A stretch of 63,872 bases of DNA, the filler included, from Acidimicrobiia bacterium (GTDB lineage: Bacteria > Actinomycetota > Acidimicrobiia > Spongiisociales > CAZKJJ01), in NCBI GenBank assembly GCA_046759765.1. It is 9 parts of 9 records of this genome, joined end to end, with 100 filler letters (N's around TTAATTAATTAA, not from the genome) between each part and the next. Parts side by side here need not be neighbours in the genome. Positions count along the whole stretch, not along the records: positions 43,399 to 50,306 come from JBHICV010000133.1; positions 50,407 to 57,096 come from JBHICV010000134.1; positions 57,197 to 63,872 come from JBHICV010000135.1; 6 more parts are not named here. The stretch is one strand, 5' to 3'. The stretch's first letter is position 1; the number at the start of each line of letters is the position of its first letter. The notes below the pieces were generated by a model that saw nothing but the letters and a program-made list of their open reading frames with translations, was not told the DNA's origin and ran no database searches. Positions 48,763-60,890 of this stretch are shown one piece after another. The translations under genes and the position numbers were made by a program.

Positions 48763-50306
48763 GTGGAGAACATCATCATCCTGGTGGCCCTGGGCGCGAT
48801 CGCCTGGCTGGCATTCATCGTGGCGACGTCGGTTGGTGGTCCGGGTCGTGAAGGCATACCCAGGAACCTGTCCATCTATCGGACGGACGAAGAGCTCGAG
48901 AGCCGTCGCCTAGAAAGAACGATGGCAACCGCGGTCGTCTTCTCCGCCTTCCTCGCCCTGGCGATCCCTCTCTACTACCTGAGTGAGGAGGATCGGCAAG
49001 CCGGGTTCGACGAGGAGTTCCTGGCGGCGTCAATCGCCCGCGGCGAGATCTTCTTCGGTTCCACCGATCCCACCAGAGCATTTCGGTGCGACTCATGCCA
49101 CGGTCCGGAAGGCGTGGGTGGCAGTGCTCAATTCGTCGAGCCGCGCTCCGGTATTGCCGTGCTGTGGACGGCACCTTCCCTCAACGATGTCTTCTACCGG
49201 TACACGGAAGACGAAATCAGATTCTGGATCACGTTCGGAAGGGCCAATACGCCCATGCCTGCCTGGGGTCTCGAAGGAGGAGGCCCTCTCGGCGAGCAGT
49301 CGATCCAGGATCTCATCAACTACATCCGCACCTTCCAGATCAGCCAAGAGCAAGCCTTGGCCAAGATCGAGCCGGCGGTCACTCTGGAGCTGAGCAAGAT
49401 CGACCGCGGCGACGAGATCCTGGCACAGGCACTCGCCGAGCAGGAGCTCCAGAAGAGCGTTCTAGAGAAATCCGAGGACGCCTTGACGGTCGTCGCGTCC
49501 GTGGCACAGGAGGCACAGGACGTCCTGGACCACGCCGGCGAGGGTCGGGACACCGACCAGGACGGGTTGTCGGACACCTCCGAGGTGCGGCTCACCGAGC
49601 TGACCAACTCCCTCTATGTCGTCGAGGTCGAGGTCGACGAAGACACCGGCGAAGAAACCGTGACCATCAGCGGATCGCTCTCGCAGCTTCTCACTCCCGA
49701 GGAGGCCGAAGCCCTGGAGATGAGCGGGATAGGTGTGACACTCGATCCGCTCAACCCGGAAACCACCGCCGGGACCGCCGATCTAAGGGCGGCCAGGACA
49801 TCGGTGGCCAACCTGCAGGCGTTAGAGAGAAACCTGCGGGTTGGGGTCGAAAACTTTCAGGGGCTGATTGTCGGGATGGAGGCCGGCATCACTTTCCTCA
49901 ACGCCTCGGCGGCGGAAAGGCTGTGGCAGCCCGACTTCGAGGCCATTGCCGAAGCAAGCTTCGATGGACAGATCGACGATGCGAGGCGGGCCGTTGGTCT
50001 CTTTAAGGCCTACTGTGCCCGCTGCCACAACTCGAACTGGTCGGCAGGGCTCCCATATACGTTGGAGCTGGCCTCGGGAGGTATCGGCCCGGCTCTCTTC
50101 GAGGGGCGAGTCAATATTCAGTTTCAGCGGCCCGCTGACGAGCTAGACGCCGCCGATCCGCTGGTGGAGTTCATCAAGACGGGTACGTCCTCGGCAAAGC
50201 GTTACGGCGTCAACGGGATGGGAACCGGACGTATGCCCGCCTTCGGGGCGGTACTCTCCCAGGACGACCTAGAAATGATTGCCGCCATGTTGAGGGGACT
50301 CGGCCG
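48763..50306 (+). CDS. Membrane-anchored diheme cytochrome c (end truncated by contig)
   Basis: Two TM helices; CDSCH...MPAW and CARCH...MPAF. Confidence 0.9.
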
Positions 50307-50406
50307 NNNNNNNNNNNNNNNNNNNNNNNNNNNNNNNNNNNNNNNNNNNNTTAATTAATTAANNNNNNNNNNNNNNNNNNNNNNNNNNNNNNNNNNNNNN
50401 NNNNNN
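50307..50406. other. Artificial contig spacer
   Basis: N44-TTAATTAATTAA-N44. Confidence 0.99.
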
Positions 50407-53400
50407 GCCGACCGAGTGTCTGCCAGGAATCAGTGAGTTCGACAAAAGCGTTAGCCGCGCCCGTCATATCTCCCGCTAAAGCTCCCAGCACAGCTTGGGC
50501 GTAGTTCTCATAGCCGGTCACAACACGGCCCTTAGACCTGTGGGATGCCAAATGAGCGATCGCCCGGCGAACAACCTCTTCATTGCGCGCCCATGCCCCT
50601 GCCTCACAGGCGATCGCAAGGGATTCGTGTTCGGGCGTATCACTCGTTTCGTAGTTCATTATGGCGAATCCAGCAGCCTCATCCGGTCGACCCACACTCC
50701 GATAGGCGAGAGCCTTCCAGTCGTTGATCAGACGCCGCGACTGCGGGTCATCCATTTCGGCAGCTTGGCTGGCAATTCGGTCGACGGATTCGACGGCTTG
50801 GCCCGGATCATGTCTGAGCGCATCGATATAGGCCACTAAAGCTTCGAACGACAGCCCCAGCGCGGACCCACGAGTCGGTATGTGTTCTCTGACGACCTCG
50901 AGCGCCGTATCGAGATCAGCTATCCACGCCGAATGGGCCGCCCACCAGTTGGCGAAAAAAAACTCTTGCGACCGATCTCCAATCGCACCCGCCTTCTCCA
51001 GAGCCTGAGGGATCATCTCTTGAATGATCGATGGATCGTCGTTCGATGCGAGGTTGGAGAGGTTGGCGCGCGCACGAAGCTCGGCACCGCTGAGGTCGTG
51101 CTCCAACGCGAACTCTAGGCCACCTCTGAGCAACGCAGTACCTTCGCGTCGTCGCTCCATGTAGCCGAGCGCCGACCCCCTAGTAATCAAGGCATGCGTG
51201 ATCTCGGGAATCATGTCAAGGCGCTCAGCGGCGACGAGCCCCCGCTCAGCTTCGGACGCCGCCTCCTCTGGGCGCCCTGTCAGAAGATGGGCCCGGGCGA
51301 GCTCGACAGTTGCTGACACAAGGGCGGGATCGGAGTCAGGATCCACCTTCGGCCCGACAGCCTTCTCTAAAACGGACACTGCCTGGCCAGGAAGCTGCAC
51401 TTCCAAGAGAGCCTTGCCATATCGCCAAGCGGCGCGTGCACTATCCGAGCGGCTTCCTTTCTCCGCCCAGTCAACCAAACGCTCGCCGTACTCTTGGACG
51501 TGGGATTCCTCAGCAGCGGCCGCAGCCGACGTGACCGCCAGCTCCAAAATGCTGCCCTGGTCGGCCTCGGACGGAAGCACCTCGAGCGCCTGGCGACATA
51601 ACACGAGCGTCTGCTCGTGAGCGTGGAGGGCCGCGGCCCGCTCGGCGGCGCCCACCAGAGCTGTGACAGCGAGGTCGGCGAGTCGATCGGCATCCTCGCC
51701 GGGCGGCGCCAGCTCGTAGGCGGAGAGGTAGTGGCTGGCGACCACGGCCGCCAATTCGTCGTCGGCAAGACCTTCGATGTACTGAGCCGTGGCTACATGC
51801 CGGCCATGCCGGTCTTGCCGCGAGAGACGTCCGTAGGCGACTTCTCTGATCAACGCCTGTACGAATCCGTATTGGCCGCGTTCGGGTGAAGCTGGATCGC
51901 GCTGAATCTCCAACAGCTCCTTGCGCACCAGCGACGTCAGCAGCGGTTCTAGTTCGGACTGAGAAGTGCTCGTCAGGGCAGCCAGCCCGTCCACGGTGAA
52001 CGTCTGCCCCAAGACGGCGGCCTGTTGCAGGAGCTCCCGCTCCTCGGGATCGAGCCGATCGAGCCGGGCCCCGATCACGGCATGGAGTGAGTCTGGGACT
52101 GCTAGCCCCGACAGATCACCTATTAGCTGATAGGCGCCATCGGCCTCCGCCAGCGTTCCGTCGTTGACCAACATCCGAACCAGCTCGACGGCGTAGAGAG
52201 GCACGCCCGCTGAGCGTTCGGTCACCTGCTCGACCACCGCGTCCGGCACCCCCGGTGCAATGCCGGCGATCAACTCTCCGATCTCGTCGACATGGAGAGG
52301 GCCCAAGTGAATGGAGGCAAAGTCCCGTCTACCCGAGCCCCAGCCCGGGCGCCGTTCGAGCAACTCGGGGCGGGAGAGAGTGACGATGAAAATCGGGCTA
52401 GTCCGCGACCAGTCAGGCAGCTCTTCGATGAAGTCCAGGAGGCCCGTGTCGGCCCAATGGAGATCCTCGAAGACGAGAACCGTCGTGCCGTGATCGGCGA
52501 CGCGCTCGAAGAACGTCCGGAAAGCGGAGAACAGCTCACCTTTCTCACCGGGTGGCACGTCCTGCAGTCCGAGTAGGCCGGCCAGCCGAGGCTCGAGCCG
52601 CGCCCGCTCATCCGGATCCGGCACATACTCCTCGAGCATCTCCGAAAACTTCCGGGTTGACTCCCCGTGGTCGTCCAGCTCAGCGATTCCGGCTCGGCGG
52701 CGAACCATCTCCCCCAGCGCCCAGAAGGTGACTCCCTCGCCGTAGGAGGGAGATCGACCCTCGTGCCAGTAGACGTCCTCGACCAGCCCATCGACGTACT
52801 TCTTGAACTCCCACGCCAGCCGGGACTTGCCGACCCCCACGATTCCGGCGATCGACAGCAGGCGTGGACGGCTCTCGCGGCCCGTGGCATGCAGCAGATC
52901 CTTCATCAAGCGAAGCTCTTCCACGCGACCGACAAAGGGAGGCTCCAGCACCTCCCCCCGTCCCTCCCCGCCCCGGAGGCCCAGGAGCCGGAGGGCCTTA
53001 TAGGCCGGAACAGGGGCTGTCTTGCCTTTGACGGTCTGCTCACCGATCGGCTCGAACTCGATCGCCCGAGCTGTGACTTGAAAGGTGGCCTCACCGACGA
53101 GGACGGTTCCCGGTTCTGCCAGCGACTCGAGCCGCGACGCTGTGTTCACCAGATCCCCGATAATCAAGCCCGCTCTGTTGCCGCCCGGGCCCACCGCCGT
53201 CTCCCCGGTCATGACCCCCACCCGAAGAGCCATTTCGGGTTCGCCGGCCTCGGCGCCGAGCTTGCCCACCAGGTCAGTGAGCTCCATCCCTGCCCGGACG
53301 GCGTGCTCGGCGTCGTCTTCTTCCGCGGCTACAGCCCCCCATACAGCCATAAGCGCGTCGCCGATGTACTTGTCGATGGTTCCGCCGAACCGCTCGACGA

Positions 53401-53743
53401 TCTGCCCGGCCTTCTCGAAGTAGCCGGAGAGGAAGTCACGAACCTCTTCGGGATCTCGCGCCTCCGAGAACGGCGTGAAGCCGACCAGGTCCGCAAACAG
53501 GACCGAGACAAACCGGCGTTCCTGAGAAGGCTCGAATGCATCAGCTGGGGGGCCGTCAGCCGCGGCCGCCGGCTCGGAGACGACCTCCGTCAACGAGGTT
53601 CCACACTCGCCGCAGAACTTGTCTCCGGGGAGATTCTCCTGGCCGCAGTTGGCGCACACCAGGCTCAGCGACCCTCCACACTCGCGACAGAACTTTCTAC
53701 CGGCAGGGTTTTCGGTGCCGCAGCTGGCACAGATCAATGTCAC
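50407..53743 (-). CDS. Double zinc ribbon - class III cyclase - STAND ATPase - TPR protein (C-terminus truncated)
   Basis: Four CxxC, FADLVGFT, KYIGD, VNTASR, GIVGVGKS, FEDLHWAD. Confidence 0.92.
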
Positions 53744-53808
53744 CTCCAGTGACCGGCGGTCAGGCTACTCCTCGGTCGCGCGACGTCCCCATGGAAGAAT
53801 GGCCGCTA

Positions 53809-54642
53809 GTGCCCGTCAAGGTGATCACGGACAGCTCGGCGGGGATCCCGCCTCCGTTGGTGGACGAACTCGACATTGGTGTCGTGCCGATCTGGCTCCA
53901 CCTGGGCGAGGAGTCTTATCGGGACGGCATAGAGCTCGAGCTGGATGACTTCTACCAACGTCTCGAAGGGGGTGAGACACCAACGACGTCCTCGCCTTCA
54001 CCGGGCGAGTTCGCACAAGAACTGAAGAAAGCCGCTGCTGATGAATACCAATCGGTCCTGATCATCACGCCGAGCGCCGATTTCTCAGGGAGCTTCAACG
54101 CCGCGATGGCAGCCCGAAATGAGGTCGAGGACCTCGAGGTGGGCATTCTGGACTCCCGGACTGCGATCTCTGCCCAGGCTCTCGTGACCATCGAGGCAGC
54201 CCGAGCTGCGTATTCGGGAAGCGACCTCGAGGCGGTGCGTAACCGGGGTGTGGAGATCTCCGAGAAGGTGCAGCTGATCGCGACCATTGACACTCTTCGC
54301 TACTTGCGTCGCTCCGGCCGGGTAAACGTGGCTCAGTTCATGCTCGGCGAGACACTGCGAGTGAAGCCGATGTTTCGCCTGCACGGTGGTGAAGTCAGCG
54401 CCATTTCGCCCGCCCTGTCAGAGCGCTCCGCGCTGACCAGAATCCTCGAGGACGTAGAAGGCTCCCTGGGCACTCTGCATGCGGGCGTGTTCCACGGCAA
54501 CGTCGGCGATCGGGCGGAGTTCCTGCGGGCGCGGATCGTCGAGGCTCGTCCAGATGCCGAAGTGTTCGTGACTCGATTCTCACCGGCGATGGGCTCCCAC
54601 ACCGGTCCCGGTGTCGTAGGAGTGGCTTTCTGGAGTTCCTAG
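53809..54642 (+). CDS. DegV/FakB fatty-acid-binding protein
   Basis: VITDS, PTTSSPSP, SGSF, YLRRSGR, HTGPG. Confidence 0.92.
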   Translation: MPVKVITDSSAGIPPPLVDELDIGVVPIWLHLGEESYRDGIELELDDFYQRLEGGETPTTSSPSPGEFAQELKKAAADEYQSVLIITPSADFSGSFNAAMAARNEVEDLEVGILDSRTAISAQALVTIEAARAAYSGSDLEAVRNRGVEISEKVQLIATIDTLRYLRRSGRVNVAQFMLGETLRVKPMFRLHGGEVSAISPALSERSALTRILEDVEGSLGTLHAGVFHGNVGDRAEFLRARIVEARPDAEVFVTRFSPAMGSHTGPGVVGVAFWSS

Positions 54643-55256
54643 GCGCGTTCCTTCTCGGGTATTTGGCCGGATCGATTCCCTTCGCTTGGTTGGTTGGGAA
54701 GGCCCACGGCATTGACCTCCGAGATGAGGGATCGGGCAACGTCGGGACAGGAAATGTGGCCGAACTCACGAACTGGTGGTGGGGGCTGGCCGTTTTTGTG
54801 CTCGACGTAAGCAAGGCCGCAGTCGCCATCCTGCTCGCGGAAGGGCTGGGGGAAACTGCTCAAGTGGTCACGGCTTGGGGTGTCATCACAGGCCACGCCT
54901 GGCCAGTGTGGCTCAGATTCATTGGAGGCCGCGGGCAGCTCGTGGCGCTGGTAGGGGGTGGACTCCTGGCTCCGTTCGCCACCGCAGGTCTGCTTCCCAT
55001 CCTGGGCGTGGGTGCGTTCTGGAAGACCCCGGATACACGTCCGGGCCATAGAAGCCACCTTCCACAGGCTTGGCTGGTCGCGGTGCTCGTCTACCCGCTC
55101 CTCGCCATCTGGCTCGATAATCAGCCGGCGGGTCTCTATGCGATTGGCGTTACTGTCCTCACCATCGTCCGCCGTCTGACCGGCAGCCCACGGCTGGCCC
55201 ACAAGCCTTTCCGCCAAGCGTGGCGAACCCGCCTGATTTGGGATGCCGAGCCGTGA
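54630..55256 (+). CDS. plsY: Glycerol-3-phosphate acyltransferase PlsY-like
   Basis: YLAGSIP, GSGNVGTGN, DVSK, GHAWP, FIGGRG; probable CTG start. Confidence 0.8.
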   Translation: MEFLGAFLLGYLAGSIPFAWLVGKAHGIDLRDEGSGNVGTGNVAELTNWWWGLAVFVLDVSKAAVAILLAEGLGETAQVVTAWGVITGHAWPVWLRFIGGRGQLVALVGGGLLAPFATAGLLPILGVGAFWKTPDTRPGHRSHLPQAWLVAVLVYPLLAIWLDNQPAGLYAIGVTVLTIVRRLTGSPRLAHKPFRQAWRTRLIWDAEP

Positions 55257-56020
55257 GCATTGAAGGGCTACTCATCGACATCGACGGCGTATTGGTTGTC
55301 TCCTGGCAACCCTTGCCCGGTGCGTTCGACGCCCTGACCTGGTTGCGATCCTCTGGTCTGGCGTTCCGATTCGCGACGAACACGACCACAAGAAGCCGAG
55401 GGCGCCTGGCCAAGGACCTGGAGGACGCCGGCTTCGACATTGCGGCGAACGAGATCATGACCGCACCAGTCGCCACCGCCGAATACCTCCGCCGGAACCA
55501 CCAGGACAAGACCTGCTTCCTAATTGCGAAAGGAGATGTCGACCTGGACTTCGATGGCATTGATCTCGTCGAGGACAACGCCGACGTAGTGGTTGTCGGA
55601 GGGGCGGAAGAGAGGTTCACTTATGAGGCACTGGATAAGGCGTTTCGCATGCTCCACAGCGGAGCAGCACTGGTAGCCATGCATCGCAACCTCTGGTGGA
55701 TGACCAAGGAAGGTCCTCGGCTCGATGCGGGTGCCTTCATCGCCGGGCTCGAGGCAGCCACGGGCGTTACGGCCGAAGTGACGGGCAAGCCTTCGAGGGC
55801 CTTCTTCGATACCGGCGTCGCTGCCCTGGGCACCCGCACGGACAGGACCGCCATGGTCGGCGACGATCTCGTAACCGATGTCGAGGGGGCTCAGACGGCG
55901 GGACTGCTCGGTGTCCTGGTCCAGACGGGCAAGTTCGAGCCGGAGCAGCTCCGGGAGTCCTTTCGTAAGCCGGACCACGTCATCTCGTCCATCGGCGAGC
56001 TTCCCGGACTGATCGCCTGA
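55253..56020 (+). CDS. HAD subfamily IIA hydrolase (LHPP/HDHD2-like)
   Basis: DIDGVL, TNTT, GKP, MVGDD...DV, TGKF. Confidence 0.92.
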   Translation: MSIEGLLIDIDGVLVVSWQPLPGAFDALTWLRSSGLAFRFATNTTTRSRGRLAKDLEDAGFDIAANEIMTAPVATAEYLRRNHQDKTCFLIAKGDVDLDFDGIDLVEDNADVVVVGGAEERFTYEALDKAFRMLHSGAALVAMHRNLWWMTKEGPRLDAGAFIAGLEAATGVTAEVTGKPSRAFFDTGVAALGTRTDRTAMVGDDLVTDVEGAQTAGLLGVLVQTGKFEPEQLRESFRKPDHVISSIGELPGLIA

Positions 56021-56070
56021 GGCTCCTCAACCCTGGGCGCGACCCTCTTGCGAAGCGGTAGCCTCGACGG

Positions 56071-57096
56071 ATGCCTGACGCGGAGAAAGCCGGCGAGGAC
56101 CAGCGGCGGCAGCTCGACGGCGAACCATCTTCGGTCGATGTCTGGATAACCGCGCCGCGGTCCGAAGCATCGAGTGGAAGTGCCACAGTTACAACCCACC
56201 CACGTGCCAAACGGCGGCGCGATGTTCGCATCGGCAATCAGGAGCCCCTGGCTGTTGCCCTGCAACGTGTCTGTTTGGAGCAGTTGGATCGTGCTCGGCT
56301 GGCGCTAACGGAGGCGGACCTCGACGAGGGGATCCACACGGCCCGCAAGGCAATGAAGCGAATCCGAGCCATCCTGAGACTGAGCCGTGACGAGGTAGGC
56401 GAACGCGTCTACAAGACCGAGAACGTGATCCTGCGGGACGCGGCTCGCGTCATTTCCCCCGTTCGCGACGCGGCGGTGGCGATCGAGACCCTCGACATTC
56501 TGGCCAATCGCTATGGGAATCATCTAGCCGCGGAGCTTTTCGACGAGCTTCGCTCCGAGCTGGTAGCTCGGCACTCAGCCCAGCACGAGATCGTTCTCAG
56601 TGAGGGGTCTCTACGCGCGGTGATCGCCGTGATCGAGGCTGCCCGGATTCGCTTCGCCGACTGGCCGACTGGGCCCAATGATCCGTGGGGACGAACAGCG
56701 ATCAGGAACGAGTTCGGAGCGATCGCCCCCGGAGTCCGCCGTACTTACCGGAGGGGACGCCGGGCAATGCACCGAACCGAGCGCGACGGTTCAATTGCGA
56801 ATTATCACGAATGGCGCAAACGCGCGAAGTATCTGCGCTACCAGCTGGAGACTCTGGTGCAACTGTGGCCGACGGCGTTGTCAGGCACCGTTCGAACCAT
56901 CGATGATCTGGGTGAGCTGCTCGGCACGGAGCACGACCTGGCCCTATTGGCGCATATGGTGCAGTCCCGTGAGTTGAAGTGCGATCCTGAGACACGACGG
57001 CTAGTGCTCGCCTTGACCTCAGACGAGAGAACGGAACTCCAACAACGGGCGGCTCCTCTGGGCGCCCGAATCTACGCGGAGTCACCGGATCGCTTC
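56071..57096 (+). CDS. CHAD-domain protein (truncated)
   Basis: IHTARKAMKRIR, VRD, HEWRKRAKYLRY, LGTEHD. Confidence 0.9.
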
Positions 57097-57196
57097 NNNN
57101 NNNNNNNNNNNNNNNNNNNNNNNNNNNNNNNNNNNNNNNNTTAATTAATTAANNNNNNNNNNNNNNNNNNNNNNNNNNNNNNNNNNNNNNNNNNNN
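57097..57196. other. Artificial contig spacer
   Basis: N44-TTAATTAATTAA-N44. Confidence 0.99.
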
Positions 57197-60100
57197 GGAA
57201 GGCTTGCCGAAGTTCGGGATCGGACATCTCGGCAGAGATCTCATCGGCGATCGCAAAACCCTTAGCCCGGGCGGCTTCGGCCTGCTCTGCTTCGCCGACG
57301 GCTTCAAAAGAACCTGCCTGAGCGGCATTGATATCGAGGAGCATCCGCTTCAGCCCCGCCATCGTGGCGATCGTTTCGGCGAGCTCGAGCTGCTCCAGGG
57401 CAGACATGTGCTCGCCCTGGGCGGCCTGGAGCTGGGCATTGAGGAACGGCACGAATATCCCGTAGTCCTGCATCTGGCGGGAGAGTACGTACTCGGAGAA
57501 CTCCCCATACCAACTCACCGCGTCGTTGATCCTTCCCCGGGCTAGTGCGACTTCGAACTTGCCCATAAGCGCAAGCGGTCGCATCAAATGCATAGGACTG
57601 GTCGGCTCCGTCAGTGCCCGGTCAAACAGGGAATCGGCCTCGTCGACTTTTCCGGCTGCCAACATGCACAGGCCGATCTCCGACCAGAGCCATGCCCCGT
57701 AGCTGCCTCCGGGAGACTCCATTAGCTCCAGCGTCTCGCGGTGATATTCCAGCGCCCGCTCGATCATCGGCCCCCCGATCTGCAAGTAGCACGTGCCCGT
57801 TACGCATTTGCCAAGGGCCTTCAATCTCGGCATCGCGACCGCCTCCGCCGCGTCCCTGACCCTTTGAAACAAACGCAACGCGTGGTCGAAGTCTCCCGCC
57901 AGCATGGCGAACTTGCCTTGCATGGTGGCGCCGAAGACCTCTGATTCTCGATCGCCGATTCGAAGCGCGATCTCCATGCCTCGCTCGAGGGCCGCGAGTG
58001 CTCCTTCCACGTCGCCGGTATGGAGGCGACAGATAGGTAGGGCGAAGGTCAGCAGCTCCGCCTGATACTTGAGGTTGCCGGTCTCCTCGGCTTTGGCAAA
58101 GGCCTTCTCTGCTTCCACCTGCCCTTCATCGAATTTCGTCAAGAAGATGAGCGTGTTGGCGAAGTGAGTCATGCCGAACAAGGTCGGTTCCTCCTGGCCG
58201 TACTGCTCGCCGAGCCGAGTGATCTCTTTCATGTAGGACTCGACCTCGTCAAACTCGGCGTGGGTGGTGCGCAGGTAGCACTGGAACATGCAGGATTCGA
58301 TGAGACCATCGCCGTCGTTCGTTTTGCGGGCCATCGCCTCGGCCTCTGCCAGCTCTGTGAGGGCCTGCTCGCGATCGTTCAAGAAGAATCCAGTGACCAG
58401 GGCCTTCTTGTTCATCCCGGAGATCCTCATTGGATCGATTTCAGCTCGCTCGCCTTCCGCTTGTAGGCGCGCGTAGACCGAGGCGGCGCCTTCCAAGTCG
58501 AAGCTCAGCTCCTTGGCCGTCCCAAGTGCTTCGAGGGCTCGACGGAGCAGATCCGGGTCCCCTCCTTCTGCCATGTAGTCCAACGCGTTCTCCAAGTGTG
58601 CTATCGCCTCTGGGAGCACATAGGAGCGAACGGCCCGCTCGCCCGCCGCCAGCAGGAAGGGAATCGCCTGTTGCTCTTGGCGGGACCTCAGGTAGTGCTC
58701 GGCAATGTCCTCGACCCGCTCGGGCTGTGTCCTCACTAGAAGTGCCGCTACTGCCCCGTGAAGCTGGACGCGCCGTTTGAGGAGCAACGTCTCATAGGCG
58801 GACTCCTGAACCAGGGCATGCTTGAAGCGGTATACGCGCTTCGGCACTCGGCTCACCTCACGCAGGAGCTCCCTGCGTTGGAGATCGAGAAGCCCTGAGT
58901 CCAGCTCCTTGACGTCCTCGAGCACGCTGGCGATCTCGTCGTACCGAAACTCGCGGCCTAAGACGCTGGCCGCTTGGGCGATGTCTTTTGAGGTGGAATC
59001 GAGCCGATCCAGCCGAGTCGTTAGCACAGCCGACAGGCTGTCCGGGATTGCCACATCGGAGACAGCCTTCGTTGCGATCCATCGGCTGCCTTCGGCGACG
59101 ATCACCTCCTGATCGATCATCGAGGCGATGATCTCTTCAACAAAGAAGGGGTTGCCTTCCGATTTCGTCAGGATCAGGTTCCTGACCGAATCGGGCAGAG
59201 CATCGATGTCAAGAAGCGCACCGACCAAATCCCGGGTGTCGGTCTCGGTCAGCGGTCCCAGGTTGATCGGGGAGTAGACGTGGGAGTAGTCGCGATCGGC
59301 TGCCTCGTGCACTCGCCAGGAGGGATCTTGGCGGGCCGGCCGGAAGGCAAACAGCAGCAACAGCGATTCCCGCTCGGCCACGGAGAGGAGATCGAGGACC
59401 AGATCTATCGAGGCCGAATCTGCCCAGTGGAGGTCCTCAAAAGACAAGACGACGGGCTGATGGGCAGCCAGGCCTGCGACCAGCTCTACCGTCGATCGGT
59501 GAATCTCCCCCCGAAGCTGTGGCGGCTCCAGATAGTCGACCCTCGACGAGTGTTCGGCGGGAATCGTCGCTTCGAGCAGCTGAGCCAAGAACGGCGCTAC
59601 TTCCGAGACCCGCCCGGGCACGGCGCGGGCGACGAACTGCTCCACGTGGGACCAGATCTCGGGCGGAGACTCGTTCCCACGGAGGCCGAGCATCGAAGCG
59701 AGAATTCCTCTGATCGGGGTGTACGGAGTGCCGGTCTCATAGGAGAGTGAGCGACCCTGATACCAGGCCAGTTGCTCGAGGCCCTCTCGAGAGAGGACAT
59801 CCTCCTGCATCTCAATGACGAGACGTGACTTGCCGATGCCGGCCTCTCCGATCACCGATACGATCCGGCCCTGACCTTTCTCCAGGCCTGCGAAGATCTC
59901 GCGGAACGCCTGTACTTCGGGCTCGCGCCCGATCAGCGGAGCGCGATGCCCCTCTACGCCCCGGGTGATGGCCGGGCGTTCCAGGACTCCTAGCACCTGG
60001 TAGGCACGGACCGGAGCCATTCGGCCCTTGACCTCGAAGTCACCGAGGTCTTCGAACGCGAATAGCTGGTCGACGAGCCGGTGGGTGTTCTCGGAGATCT

Positions 60101-60806
60101 GAACGGTGCTGGCCTGTGCGGTTTGCTCCATTCGCGCGGCCACGTTCACCGCATCTCCCAGCGCGGAGTACTCGAGGTGGAGGTCGGACCCGACCGCCCC
60201 CACGACCACCAGCCCGGTGTTGATACCCACCCGCACCGCTAGCTCGATACCCCACTTCTCCAAGACTTCGTCGCGGTAGCCCTCGATCTCCTCGAGGATC
60301 TCGAGACCGGCCATCACGGCACGCTCCGGGTCGTCTTCGTGGGCGATCGGTGCACCGAAGAAAGCGAGGATCGCGTCGCCCATCAGCCGGGCGAGGGTTC
60401 CCTCGTAGCGATAAACGGGCGCGATGAGGTGCTCGTAAGCGCCATTCATGATGTCGGTCCACTCTTCGGGGTCGAGCTTCTCGGCCGCGGTCGTAGAGCC
60501 GCGCACGTCGCAGAACAACATGGTCACTCGGCGTCGCTCGCCCTCCATCGCGCCGCCTTCGGTGGCGAGCTTGGTCTGGAGGTCGTCGGGCATGTAGTGA
60601 CGGGCGCGCTCATCCGGCTCTTCGGCTTGGGTGGCCACCGCTTCTGCCGCCGGCTCGCCGACCTTGTGGCCGCATCTCATGCAGAAAACGGCCTCGTCGG
60701 GAAGCTCTGCTCCGCAGTTGGCACAGGCTGTCCGGAGCGAGTGTCCGCAGTTCATGCAGAACGCGGCCTCAGGAGGATTCTCCGTTCCGCAGTTCGTGCA
60801 GTTCAT
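57197..60806 (-). CDS. Double zinc ribbon - class III cyclase - STAND ATPase - TPR protein (C-terminus truncated)
   Basis: Four CxxC, FCDVRGST, RLMGD, VNVAAR, GEAGIGKS, FEDLHWAD, GNPFF. Confidence 0.92.
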
Positions 60807-60890
60807 CGGCTCCCCGGCTCGACGGTCGAAAGTTACCAGTTACGCCTGCTCAATCCGTGGGGTCCAGCCTCAGCCAGTAGGGTCCCCGCC

